Source: Selaginella moellendorffii (Eukaryota > Plantae > Lycopodiophyta). From it: 64,000 bases of DNA. Below the pieces are notes generated by a model that saw nothing but the letters and a program-made list of their open reading frames with translations, had not been told where the DNA came from and did no database searches. The position numbers and the translations under genes were made by a program. Below are positions 23,268 through 35,948 of this stretch, one piece after another. The DNA is taken from NCBI RefSeq assembly GCF_000143415.4, contig NW_003314277.1, positions 1,923,454 to 1,987,453 on the forward strand. The letters run 5' to 3'. Each line of letters opens with the position of its first letter. Positions within the stretch are counted from its first letter, which is position 1.

Positions 23268-23897
23268 AGCCGCGCATTCAAAACCTTGTAACGCGCCCTT
23301 GCCGTTGGGGGTTCGAATCCAGACGTCTATATTCTCAGAATATCCTTTTAGGGCATCAGCAGCATATTCTCCATATTTAAATTTAAATATGGCTTGGCGC
23401 TTTTTTCGCGTTTGTTAAGAGATCATGAATTTGTGGCCTCCGCGTGTGCTTTGCGTGACCCTGTACCACAGCACACCAAACCCCGGCCTGGAAAATTTCC
23501 ACCCTTGGCTCAAAAATGTTGGAATCCCTGGCACTCTGGAACAAGAAAAGCTTCTCCGACCAAGAATGTATTAAAGAGCTCCATACCTTTCTTCGCTCTC
23601 GCTCGCGCTTCTCATTCGTTGTCTCTGTCTCCCTCGCGAGCAACGATGAGCTCTTCTTAAGCGCGCCATCGCTTGGCTCTCCGGCAAATCTCCCTGGAGG
23701 ACGGATCATCAAGAACAGAGAAAGGAAAAGAGAAGGAAGTTAAAGAAAATGTGCGTACCGCTTGCTTGCTTGCTTTGCTTTGCTTTGCTTGTTCATATAA
23801 ATCTTTCCTCGACTTGTTTCGAAAGACGCCTTCGCTGACTTTAGACGTTGGAAACTCCCGGATCAGGCCTCTGAGCTATGGCGGCGGCGAGCGAGTG

Positions 23898-24912
23898 ATG
23901 GACGTGTATGACGGGATTGAGCCTCCGGAGAGCCAGCACCCCCACTACCATTCCAGACAAGCTTCAGCCCTCCAGATCCTCTCCAAGTTCCTCCAGCTCC
24001 AAGACTTCACCAGCGCCGAGGTAAAACCACTCCACCTCTCTCTCTCTCTCGAAATCCCGTCACACAAGTTCGTGCTTGCTCCAGGTGTGGCGATCCTGTC
24101 TCGTCGAGTGCTTGGCAACCGGAGCCTTCGTCTTCGCCAGCATCCTCATCATCGTCAGCTGCTCGCAGCAAAGCGCCTCGCCCATGACTTCCATCTCGGT
24201 CCTCCACTTCCTCGTCATCTCCTTCCTCATACTCTCGGTGGCTCCCTCCTCCGGCGGCCACCTCAATCCCTGTATCACCTTCATGGCCATGGTGCTCGGC
24301 TACGTCTCCCCTTCCCGAGTCGTCATGTACACGGGAGCTCAATGCATCGGCTCCATCTTCGGCTCCCTGTGCATGAAGCTCGTCCTCCCGCACGAAGTAG
24401 CGCACAAGTTCGCGCTGGGAGGCTGCACCATCCGAAACTCGGCCGGAGCGGGATTTCCAGTCGGCTCGGCCTTCGTCGCCGAGACCTTCTTCACCTTCTT
24501 CCTCATGTTCATCGTCGCGACTTTGGCACTGGACCCGTTCCGAGCTCCGGTCTTTGGAGCCATCCTGGCGCCAACTTTCATCGCTGCCGCTGTTGGTGTG
24601 CTGGTCTTCGTGTCCGGAGGCCTTGCCTTGGGGTACTCCGGAGCGGGGATGAATCCGGCGAGGTGTATCGGCCCGGCCGTTGTCATGGGAAGCCACAATG
24701 AGGAGCTCTGGCGAGGACACTGGCTATGGTGGGTTGCTCCTTACTTTGCTACTGTGCTGGTTGCCGTGGTCTACTGCCTGGTTCCTCCTCACCACGTTGA
24801 CATCTATCGCGGCCGAAAGGACTTTATAAGCAGCCTCAAGAAAGCTTTCGGCAGCCACCACCCTCAAGTGCCGAGTGAAACGAGGATTTCGAGCGAGAAT
24901 TTGACTCCTTAG
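23898..24912 (+). CDS. Aquaporin, X intrinsic protein (XIP) subfamily; intron 24021-24084
   Basis: Loop B SGGHLNPCIT (NPC variant), loop C LGGC, loop E GYSGAGMNPARCIGPA (the NPARC XIP signature). Confidence 0.9.
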
Positions 24913-25292
24913 CATCACGCAATGTAAGTGTCAGCTGTTGCTACTTGTGTTGAGCACGACAAACAAAAGAAGAAAGAGAAAACAAAATACTCACCAAGTT
25001 GTCTGTCTCGTGCGATGACTGCTTCAAGGATCTTACGTAGTTCATAGTTCATCCCAAGCGTCCTGGCATAAACCACGTCCGGCTTCCTTTTTGATCAATC
25101 CAGCTCGCTTACTTGCGTCGAGTGTAGCACGTCTCAGCACGTCGTCATTGGCTGGCTTGCTTCAGTTGGAAGCGACTGTGAAACAACGATCCTTCACCAG
25201 CACTCTCACTCCAAAACTTCATTCCCTGCCAAGCAAAAGCCTCTATATTCCCGGTTAGAGCTTGAAGAGTTTGGCTGTAGCTTGCATCTTCC

Positions 25293-28243
25293 ATGATGGC
25301 TTCTCCTCCTGAGGTGGAGATATCTCAAACAGGATCACGATCATCGAGAACAATGATCCTGGCACCGGAGCAAGAGCTGACTATAGTCGCACTGAGGCTG
25401 GCGATTCTCGAAAAGGCAGCAACAGGTCTCGGAGTGTTAGCTTTTGTGTGGGCGACGGTGGTTCTTCTCGGTGGATTCGTCACCAATATCAAGCCTTTTG
25501 ATTTCTGGGTCGTCTCCGCGCTGCTGCTCACTGAAGGAACTCGAGTTTTCAGCCGAAGTCACGAGCTGGAATGGCAGCACGCAGCGGGAGGCTCTGTCCA
25601 CTCCAAGCTCAAGTCGGCAAGCTCGAACACACTGCTAGCGATCCGGTCGGCTCTCAGCAACATACATGTGATCCCCGGCGAGCAGAAGCAAAGCTCCGAT
25701 CGAGGTGATGAAAGTTTTGCTTCTGACGCGTATCGTCTCCGAGTACCTGCTCCAGTGAACTTCGATGGCTTTCATGTCAAGAGGACCTGGTCCTGGAACA
25801 CTGTTCCTCTCGTCCCTTACTCCCACCGTTACTTCTCAGCTCGTCGCATAAGTTTCATCCTCCATGTCCTTCAGCTGGCCTCGGCCGTTGTCACGATCGG
25901 TTTCTCTCTGGCACGCCTCATCCAGCAAGATTATGTCATCAGCAGAAGCAGCAGCAGCAGCAGCAACCAGGTGCGAACAAATCTCGGCTCCGGCCTCAAC
26001 ATCTTCTACTCCTTGTCACTCGTCGAGGCCTCCATTTTCCTGGCGGAGCGAGCTTACTTGGAGTACAACCTCAGAATGAAGGAGCTTTTGGTGAAAGTAG
26101 CCAGAAAGTCACAGCTTGGCGAGGACCTCTTGGACTTCATTCGCCAGTTCTTTTACGACGTCTACTCGAAATGCCTGAAAGAAAGCATTTTTGTCGGACT
26201 AAACTTGGATCTGGTAACTTACAGCATTGGGAAAATCCAGTCCAACAGCGGAAACGAGCAGCTCGGTGGCGTTCTCATGCTCTCGACGTTGATTACGCAG
26301 GAGCAGTTCTTGGAGGACACCTTACGGACGGTTGGCACAACACCTGGAGTCACCGAGCGCCTTCTGGAAATGATCACCTGGAGGAACAGGCAGGAAAAAG
26401 AAATCAGAAGATCTGCGTCGAAAATTCTATGCCAACTTGTAATCCACAAGAGCAACAGCTTTCGGGTGATGGCAATTGCTGGAGCACTGGAAGGTATTCT
26501 AACTTTGCTTCTGGATGAGGGAGATAGCGATGAAGAACTGGAGTTTGACAATAGCGAACTCACGTTGCATGGGTTGAGAATGCTCAAGACTCTGGCAAAG
26601 GACGACAAGAACTGCGTTCAGATAGGAAATACTCGGGGTCTACTCTCCATTCTCGTAGCAAACATAGAGATCAAAGGCAGAGAAAAAGCACTGGGCCAGA
26701 AAGAAGAAAATTCTCAAAAAGACACTCCAGCTGCTTCAAAGGCTAGTGTCGACAAAAGGAGAACACGGGAGGGCGCTCAAACGTGACATCACAAAAATTG
26801 TTTTTACGTTACCGAACTTGCGAGATGTTCTTCAGCACTGTGGAGCTCATCCAGTTCTCCGGGGTCTAGCTGTGGACATCATCACAAGCCTGGCATTAGA
26901 TGATGGCATCAAGGAGAACATAGCAGGAACTGGCGGGCTAGTTCACAGCCTTCTAGCTCTATTTCTTAAAGACGAACACGATCAAGAAGGCATCGAATTC
27001 ACAGTGCGCTTAAAGGCTGGAGAGGCTGTGTACCTGTCATCCCACTAACTTGTTCCAGAAGATGTGAGCGAAGAGTTGCAGCAGGAAATTTCCGAGTTAT
27101 GAGCCGGAGATGCGAGAAGTTTGCAGGTACTACGAGGTGTGTTCCAGAAGATTGGTGTTATCGGAATATTCCGGATGTGGGATAACCCCAAGAATAAAGT
27201 TAGGGCTAGATTAGGAGGGATGCCAGGGATATCCTGGATATGAAGGGAATATTCTGCAGGAGGGAGTTAAGGCCGGATTCTTGCCGGGGAAAAAACGGTT
27301 GCTTGGAGGAAGTTTTGACAGCGTTTTGGAGATGGTGCGAGACGGTCAGCAGTCTGGTCCTGTGCGTCGCAACCCCACAGCAGATCGGATCACGAGGAAG
27401 CACAGGGTGAGAAGAGCGGTGGAGCGCATGCATGTCCAGCCTGATCAACAGATTCTCACGCATTGCCCCACTTGCGGCCAAGTTTGGTATCGTCTGATGC
27501 GTGAAGTCCTAGAGGAGCTCTTGGCACCTGAGGCCGCTGATTTAGTGGCAAACATCCCGATGTATCCAGTTCAGTAGTTGGAATGAAAGATGACGTTGAG
27601 TTTTCCTGGAGTTTTCTGTGTGCGTTAGTAGAGAGCAGTTGGAAAAAGTTAGGACTACAGTACCTTTTAGTCCTGAAGAGCTCCAAAAACTCCTCCCGAG
27701 TTATAAGATCTCGAAAGCTTCATCGCCATTCTCAAAGCTGGCAACCAAGATGTAAGTGCCTGTGCAGGGAACATATTGAGAAGTATCTGGCCATACCTCT
27801 GTCACGACGAGCAACTAGAAATCGCCATTGAAACTTCTTGGCTCCTCCAAGAAATCACACAAGCTCATGGAAAGCAGCTGGAAGCTTTCCTTGGTCTGGC
27901 TGCATCAACAGTGCCCGTTAGCACAGAAATTCTTTCGAACGGCAGAAAAGAACTAGTCTCTAAAGTCATGAACTTAACCTTTCATGAAGCGTCCCTGGAG
28001 CTGCCTAGAACTCGACGGCACACTGTGGAGCTTGCTCTGGCGCTGATGAAGAGAGATGGCTACTTTATCCGCGCGTTCAGAGCCCAGGGAATGAAAGAAC
28101 AGCTGCAAAGGATGCTTGATACCATCTCAGACGTGGACAACTTCATCACTTTCTCAGGAGCGATGGGATTAACACTGCATGCTCAAGCGATGGAAGAACT
28201 TATCAGCTTAGCTCTAGAAGAAGTCGACAAAGACCATCACTAG
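25293..28243 (+). pseudogene. Membrane-anchored ARM-repeat protein (BLE2/At5g18980-like family), disrupted by frameshifts and a solo LTR
   Basis: PEQELTIVALRLAILEKAATGLGVLAFVWATVVLLGGF family N-terminus. Homologous reading continues in shifted frames near 26700 (KKILKKTLQLLQRLVSTKGEHG) and 27700 (LESFIAILKAG...NILRSIW), with a 625-bp insertion at 27035-27659. Confidence 0.85.
27035..27659. mobile_element. Solo LTR (625 bp) inserted in the ARM-repeat gene
   Basis: Starts TGTCATCC, ends GGACTACA, flanked by 5-bp TSD GTACC (27030-27034, 27660-27664). Removing it restores GEAVYLLVLKS. Confidence 0.88.
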
Positions 28244-28420
28244 TCGAGATTGTACCTGGTTTGTCACTGTTACCTTTCGAACATTTGCAGATTCAGAGAC
28301 CGCGATCGCGTGGCGCTCACCTGATTTTCCATAAACCCTAATCCCAAAATTTGAAATGCAAGGTTTTGGCGCTTCTCCTGCAAATTTCAATGCGTTTGTC
28401 ATTTAAGCAAGATTTTGTAA

Positions 28421-28494
28421 TCCATTGTCGTCTAGTCCGGTCAGGATACCTGGCTTTCACCCAGGCGACCCGGGTTCAAATCCTGGTAATGGAA
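28421..28494 (+). tRNA. tRNA-Glu(TTC)
   Basis: Acceptor TCCATTG/TAATGGA, anticodon arm CCTGG-CTTTCAC-CCAGG (TTC 28456-28458), T arm CCGGG-TTCAAAT-CCTGG, followed by a TTTT Pol III terminator. Confidence 0.9.
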
Positions 28495-30479
28495 TTTTCT
28501 CTCACTTTTGGGAATTTCCTCTTGATCATATAAAGTTCCCTCTTGAGGGCACCACTTCATCGCTAAAGTTCAGTTAGCAGGTCTTCACAACATTTGAACA
28601 CCCAACAATTATGTGCTTTAATGTTTTTCTTTTCACACCATACAACTGATTACTTAGAGAACACTAGGCTAAGTACACTCCAGCCCCCACCCACCAGGTG
28701 CAACTTGCTCATGAACTCTGTGAACTCAATGAACTCGATGCTCCAGCCATACGCTCCACAAAGGCTCCACTAGTTGGTGAGCTCATGTGTGATGTTTGTA
28801 TAGGATCCTATGGAACAAGTTTGTACCCTATCAGCTCCCAAATTCTATTGAAAGTTTTGGGTATCTTAGACTCGTTCTCTATGTATAAGTTTATAATATT
28901 GCATCAAAGTCTTTAATTTAAAATAATTTATTGCACTATTGGTTTGCTTTAATAATAATTAGATGGCTGTTATGTCTAGCTGCATACTGCAGTTATTTTT
29001 GCTATTTTTATTATTGATATAGAAAAATTCGTTGTGCATTGTATCAAATGACAATTATGAAATTTGTGCAAGCAGAGAAGTTCATATGAAGTCAAATTAG
29101 TATTCATCACACATTTGTAAACATAAAGATAAATTATATTTTTCTTCAATAATCTAAAGTTTGGTGAGAGTTCTAATTTTTATTTGACTAATGATTTTGT
29201 ATTATACTCCATAAAAATAATCATATAGTATTTCATTAAGTAACTATATAGCTTCCTTTTAGTAACCATGTTGTGAGTGTTTATTTCTAACTCTACTCTT
29301 TCATACGTTATAATGTTAGAGTATATGCTATACAATTCATTTTAAGCCAAAAATATGCATTTCCAAATTTATATATCAAATAATTAAATGGTAGAATAAG
29401 TGTTTAGAAAAGTTTATAGATTATAAATACAAGATTAATCAAAATTAATAAGACAATAGAATATCCCAGAATATCAAATTACTTTAAGCAATAAACTTAA
29501 ATACAGCAAACATTCTATTTAAGCTGTCAACAAGATGCAAAAGTAACAGATTGCCAGCATCTACGTGTTTCCATGCAAAATCGATGTTGCTCTATGCTGC
29601 ACCTTGACTTCATGCCTTCCAATTCCATCAACATGAAAAGTCCTTTTGGGAGTTAGCTCTGCAAAGATAAAGGAACTAGCCTGTAGGAATCAAAAGCAGA
29701 CTTGAGGCCTCCAGCAGCATGACTATGTAAGTAGAGCAATTCATGAAACAAGGAAATGGGTGCTCCATATCCATGTCGTGTTAGTAACAGCCAACTTCCT
29801 GCATATATGTCTTGAGTGCTTGAACTTGCATACCCTTTTGCATTCACTAAAATACCAAAATGGCATGGTAACCAGGTTGTCCACAAAGAAAAAGTTTTTA
29901 AAAGAAAGCATGGGATGGCAATTTGTTGTCTCAGGGCTCCAGCTAGGCACCCAATGACCGCAAAAACATGTAGTTTCCATATGATAATAGATGTGTCTTG
30001 CAGCGCCCATATGGGGAAGAACAAAAAACAGCATGGGTACCAACCAATCCTTGCTAGTAACCAAGATTTTCCTGGAGAAACAAGCATATAAGTCATTTTT
30101 TGTAATAAAAACTTTGGATAATGCTAACCACCACCTTTACTCTCCCATGGATCCATTTGAGTAGTAGTAACTCTTGCGATAAATGCTGGCAATGCTTTGT
30201 GATGCTAGGGAACGTCAGTCCAATGGAGGACCTCTTAATGATGTATTTTATCTACCGGCATGATATAAGATTGCGATGTCCATAAAAGTTTTTATAATGG
30301 AAGAAGCTACCGGCTTGATAAAAAAAACCCGTTAAGTGAAGACGACACAAATGAATAGGTGCGAATGATCCTGCTGCTACACCCATATTCCTTCAAGCGC
30401 CTGACTTTAAGCGTCCTTAGCGAGAGGAATCTGAGTTGCTATTTGGTATATAATCGATAGACGTCTTGTGCTTCATGGT

Positions 30480-32020
30480 ATGAAGGAGATGGATCATTTT
30501 TTGCTCTCAACTCTTGGGTTTCTTGCACTTGGATTGTTCTGCTACCGCTTCTTGTGCTCTAAATCTGTTCCTCCAGGTCCGCCTTCTTTTCCCATTGTGG
30601 GATCGCTCTTCAGTCTTCGGCAGCCACTCCACAGGCACTTCTCGGAGTTGAGCAAGAGATATGGGCCTCTCATTTACCTGAAAATTGGGACGGTGCCCTT
30701 CTTGGTGGTCAACGATGCAAGAACAGCAGAGGTGGTGTTCAAGGTCCACGATGTGGAGTTTGCTGATCGGGGGAGGTCTGAGTACTTCAGGCTCTTCAGC
30801 TTCGACTGGAAGGACATGGTATTTGGACCTTACGGGAATTTGTGGAAGAGGATGAGGAAGATAAGCGTGATGCATCTGTTCAGCAACAAAATGGTCAATT
30901 CAAGCACGGATTATAGGAGGTCCGAGCTTCAGATTGCAATCCAGTCAATTCTTCAGTGCCACAAACAAGGGAAGCCTGTCAGGGTGAGAAAGATCATGGG
31001 GAATTATGTTTCTGGTAGTATCAGTCTGACACTCTTTGGCAAGAAAGGCTTGGAAGCAGCCGTGGGAATCCTTGATCAGATGTCGTCTCAGGCTCTGAAC
31101 TTGAATGTGGGGCAGCTCATTCCCGCACTGGATCGGTTCGATCTGCATGGGATGAATGCGAAAATGCAAAACAAGTTCCTCCCACCACTGAAAGCTATAA
31201 TTGACGACATAATCGAGGAACACAAGCTGAACAAAGCTCAAGTCGGCTCAGACAAGTTCGTTCCCAAGGACTTCACGGACGTCCTCATCTCACTAGAGAA
31301 GGAAGATGCTCTGGAAGACATCTCCATTGTGGCATTACTAGCGGTAAGTAGCTTGTCGCATTAGAACCGGGAAGTCCTGAACTTGTTCTTGTTTAGTAGG
31401 ATATGATTGCTGCAGCGCTGGAGACGACCATCTCAGCACTCGAATGGATGATGGCTGAAATGGCCAACAATCCTCAAGTCGTGAAGAAAGCCCAGGATGA
31501 ACTTGACAAAGTGATTGGAAAAGGCCGGCTTGTTGAAGAGAGCGATCTTATGAGCTTGCCTTACATTGAAGCCATTGTCAAAGAGACTCTTCGTCTGCAT
31601 CCTCCGTTACCGTTGGCCCTTCCTCATTTCAGCCGGAAAGAGACGACGGTAAATGGTTATAGAATCCCAGCAGGATGCACAATGCTCATCAACATCTGGG
31701 CAATAGGCCGTGACCAGACATACTGGAGCGAGCCTGAGGTGTTTAGACCGGAGCGTTTCTTGGAGAACCAAGCCGGCATAATTGGTCAGAACTTCAACGT
31801 CATTCCTTTCTCAGCAGGCCGAAGGAGGTGCCCAGGCTACCCTCTAGCTCTGCGTTCAATGGGCTTTCTTCTGGCTTCACTGTTACAAGTCTTCAACTGG
31901 AATCCCGATGGAAAAATCTGTCTGGAAGAGGACAAGGGAACAGTGACTTCACACTTGGCTTCAGAGCTCCTGCTAGTTGCCTCTCCAAGAATCGAGGAGC
32001 CCTGCATAATTGCTCTCTAA
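30480..32020 (+). CDS. Cytochrome P450, CYP71 clan (A-type), single intron 31344-31399
   Basis: TM anchor + PPGPPSFPIVG hinge, WKRMRK, I-helix AAALETT, KETLRLHPP, FRPERF, heme motif PFSAGRRRCPG; TATA at ~30447. Confidence 0.95.
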
Positions 32021-33494
32021 GCTCAGGGACCTTAATTGCTCCTTACCATTATTCGAAAATGAAAATTTCTGTTTTCTGATACCAGTATTCTTGGGTCCAC
32101 ACATTCATCTCGTTTAGGCGCAGCACTACTTTTGGTGGCGCTCAGGGCATGAGATCTTCCAGCAGATGGCATCTCGTGGAACATCGTGTTACAGCACTTT
32201 TCCACACCAGGCATCTTAATGCCACAAAGGTGAGTTTTGGGGAGTGTCTTCAAAAACACTCCCTGCACTAAAATGCAGGTTTTTTCAGCAAAATTGCTCC
32301 AAATCATGCAGCCAGGAAAGGATTGGAGATCATCTACCTAAATTGACATGCAAGCAAGGGACTAACAATTTAACTCCGGGATGGGTAAATTAGCAAATTG
32401 GAAAGGAAAAATTTATAATTTACATCACTAGGAGAATTATATCATTTCACTTTACCTCTTGAGAAACAAGAAAAACACAACAAAAATATAGGAGATGTTA
32501 GTTTCTACAAGAATTGACATCTTCCACCTTCTTATTTTCACAAGAAATGCTTCACCAATTCATTAAAATTAAAAAAAACTTTGAAAATGTCAGTTCACAC
32601 ATGAATCCTTATTTTCTAAAATATAGAGATCTCACCCCTAAAAACATGAAAAAAAAAACCAAGAAATCTCTTATCTAGAAAAAATGAAGGTGGGGAGACA
32701 TTAGTTTATGCATTAACTAATCTTTCCCACCCTTTCAACAAATCAAAACAACAAAGTAAAGATGGGCAAAAAACTAAACAAAAAATGAAATAAAATGTTA
32801 ATAGATGTTAGTTTGCATAAGAATTGACATTTCTATCCCTCAAGAGAAAACAAAAACCAAAAAAAAGAAAAAACCTCTCATGGAAGAAAAAAGGTGAGGA
32901 GACATTAATTCACATGTAAATCAACCTTCTCAAGGAAGAATACCTTGTTTGAGGAATGTCTTGAAGTGCATTGCAAAGTTAAAGCACCTTTCTCTCGCCC
33001 TCCTTGCTCAAATATGCCTTTCTCTCGCCCTTTGCTGCTTAAACCCTAGCCATAAAACCCTAAAAATCAACAAATGTGATCAATTATCACTATCAATAAT
33101 CATAAATTTCATTCTCTTTGATGGCAATCAATAGGCACAATCATTTAATGCTTTAGATATTAAGATATACAGATGCTAAACACTCTACTCCTTACAGTGC
33201 CACAGTGTTATACAATATGTGTGCTTGATGCCCCACCGGTGGACATTTGGTATCCAGATGTCAGATTGGAACAATGCACATTAGCCTGCTGCTGCTTCAA
33301 GATTGTTCTTGAGGTCATTGTTTCGCTAGAAATGGAAACATGAACATGATCCTTGATCTTGGCCTCGGCCTCTGAAGACCTTGAATTTGGCAACCTAGCT
33401 GAATTTGGACGGGATACCACAGTTTAAATTGAGTATATTCTAGAGATATTCTTTTGTTCCAGTATCTTGGACTATAAATATCGATGTAGCGGTC

Positions 33495-34555
33495 AAACAG
33501 GGACCGCCTCCATTCATGGACACTAGCAAAGAAACCAAAGAGACCAAGAGAGATCCACCTCTGAACCACTAGAACACACAACAGAACACCCCGTGTGCTC
33601 ACATCCAGCACCCACACTCTTCTCCTTCCATCCTCCCTCTCGAACCAAGAACCCTCGCTCGCCCACTTGCCACGTCAGCACTCGGTTAGGGCTTCACCAA
33701 ACTGGACACCGTTATCAAGCCAACATCCACTTACAATACATCATTCACACTCATTTTTATCTCGCCAAGATAATTAGCCACCAGAATCAAAAGCAACTCT
33801 CTGCAATCTTTTACATAAACTTGAAAGAATTTTGAGCCACCATAACTTACTGATTTCAAAGCCATTACAGCCTGCCCACCCTGGCCTTTTGACAATTTGC
33901 TCAATAAATACACCTTTGGGATTTTCTCTCCCTCATTCTTTACACCTGAGTAGCATTTGCTTTAGTACTTGCCATTCCCCCAAAAAATAAATGCTAGCAT
34001 GCTCAAAACTAGCCACATTAGCCACAATAAGCTTCCTCTCACCCGCACACACGGGGTGTTCAAATAGCTCTCTTGTTTGGCTCACTTGCTATGCCTCAAA
34101 AATCAGGCCATTTGCCTCGATTTTCTGCATCACTTTCCAGTAATGCCTTTAGCATTCTCACTGAAAGTCCCCGATGCCACACAAAGCAAGCTCTGTTTAC
34201 ATTGCTCAAATTAGCAACCACTCATGATGCTCAATTTAGCAATCGTCAATCTTCCATAGCTGGTCCAAGAATGGATAGCCACACACTGCTCGTGAGAGCA
34301 TTCAGCAATGTGGATGCCCCTCATCTCCACCAAAACAGGGACCGCCTCCATTCATGGACACTAGCAAAGAAACCAAAGAGACCAAGAGAGATCCACCTCT
34401 GAACCACTAGAACACACAACAGAACACCCCGTGTGCTCACATCCAGCACCCACACTCTTCTCCTTCCATCCTCCCTCTCGAACCAAGAACCCTCGCTCGC
34501 CCACTTGCCACGTCAGCACTCGGTTAGGGCTTCACCAAACTGGACACCGTTATCA
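33495..34555 (+). repeat. Exact 223-bp direct repeat (33495-33717, 34333-34555) upstream of the annexin; diverged third copy at ~36430-36565
   Basis: aaacagggaccgcctccattcatggacac...actggacaccgttatca is identical twice; all three copies keep TTGCCACGTCA. Confidence 0.92.
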
Positions 34556-34677
34556 CCAGCGTCACGTTAGCCCGTTACATCGAGTCCTGTCGTATATTCT
34601 GTTCCGTACGCGGCAGATTTTTACCTTTCTTGGATAAATTCCGATGTCGCTTTAAGGGATTCCTTTACTAAATTTCC

Positions 34678-35948
34678 ATGTCCACGATCACACTGCCGCC
34701 GATGCCTCCCCCTGTCCAGCAAGATTGCCAGGCCTTGCATCACGCTTTCAAAGGTGGGATCGATCGCTCGCGATCATCGAGATCACATATGTAACTCTTC
34801 TTCTTTCCGCCAGGATTTGGATGCGATGAGAAGCACGTCATACAAATTCTGGCGCACAGGAATTATTTGCAGCGGAGAGAGCTGGTAAACGCTTACAGAA
34901 GCATGTATGGAGAGGATCTCTTGCGAAGATTGGAGAAAGAGCTCCACGGGAATCTTGAGGTGAGTTTAGTTTCTCAAGAACTTCGTGTGCGAATATTAAA
35001 ATCTATCTTCCAGCAAGCAGTGCTGCTGTGGATGTTGGAGCCAGCTGAAAGGGACGCGGTGTTAATCAGAGATGCGATGAAAGGACTGGGTACCAAAGAT
35101 AAGACGCTGATCGAGATCATCTGCTCGAGAACTCCTTCGCAGCTCTACTACATACGCCAGGCATATCAAACCAAGTATCATCGCTCCCTGGACAAAGACA
35201 TTCAATCAGACACAAGTGGTGACTATAGAAAGGTGAGAAGAATACGAAAATCTCTTACCTCGATCGGTCAAACGAGTTTTCACGAGCTTGTTCTTTGTCT
35301 TTGATATTGCAGTTGCTCTTGGCCTTTGCGAGTGGACAGCGGCCGGAGGGGCCTCACGTAGACATGCATTTAGCTGACGCCGACGCCAGAGAGTTGTATA
35401 GAGCTGGAGAAGGAAGGCTTGGCACCGACGAGTCGACTTTCATTCGCATTTTCTCGACGAGGAGTGCCGCGCAGCTCCATGCCGCATTCGCAGCCTACAA
35501 ACACCTATACAAGCGCGACATTGACAAAGTAAGCATCTATCCAGTGTCTATAAAGATGTCTAGTTCTTAAAGTTGGAAGGAAAGTGAAAACTTACTTTTG
35601 CTGGTAGGCCATAAAGCGAGAAACTTCCGGGGACTTTGAAAATGCTCTCAGGCTAATCGTTAAGTCCGCAACAAGGCCTGGACGATACTTCGCCAGGGTT
35701 TGTAACATTTTTTCTTGTCGAAACTTACGCGTATTCTCTACGTCCAGGTTTTGTATGACTCGATGAAAGGTATGGGAACCGACGACTCGACGCTGATTAG
35801 AGTGGTCGTCACCAGGGCCGAGCAGGATATGCAGTACATCAAGGCGGATTTCTACCAAAAGTACAAGAAGCCATTAGAATCAATGATCTCGGTTGACACT
35901 TCTGGAAACTACAAACACTTCCTGCTCAGCCTCATTGGGGGGCACTGA
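34678..35948 (+). CDS. Annexin (ANN5-like), six exons
   Basis: MSTITLPP...AFKG|FGCDEKHVIQILAHR, MKGLGTKDKTLIEIICSR, GEGRLGTDESTFIRIF, MKGMGTDDSTLIRVVVTRAE, DTSGNYKHFLLSLIG. Confidence 0.95.

Noticed and set aside
23673-24701. 342-aa ORF overlapping the aquaporin
   Set aside because: It is XIP exon 1 read through the intron into the wrong frame; the spliced model explains it.
29653-30096. 147-aa hydrophobic ORF upstream of the P450
   Set aside because: No recognisable domain or splice structure; cannot support a gene call.
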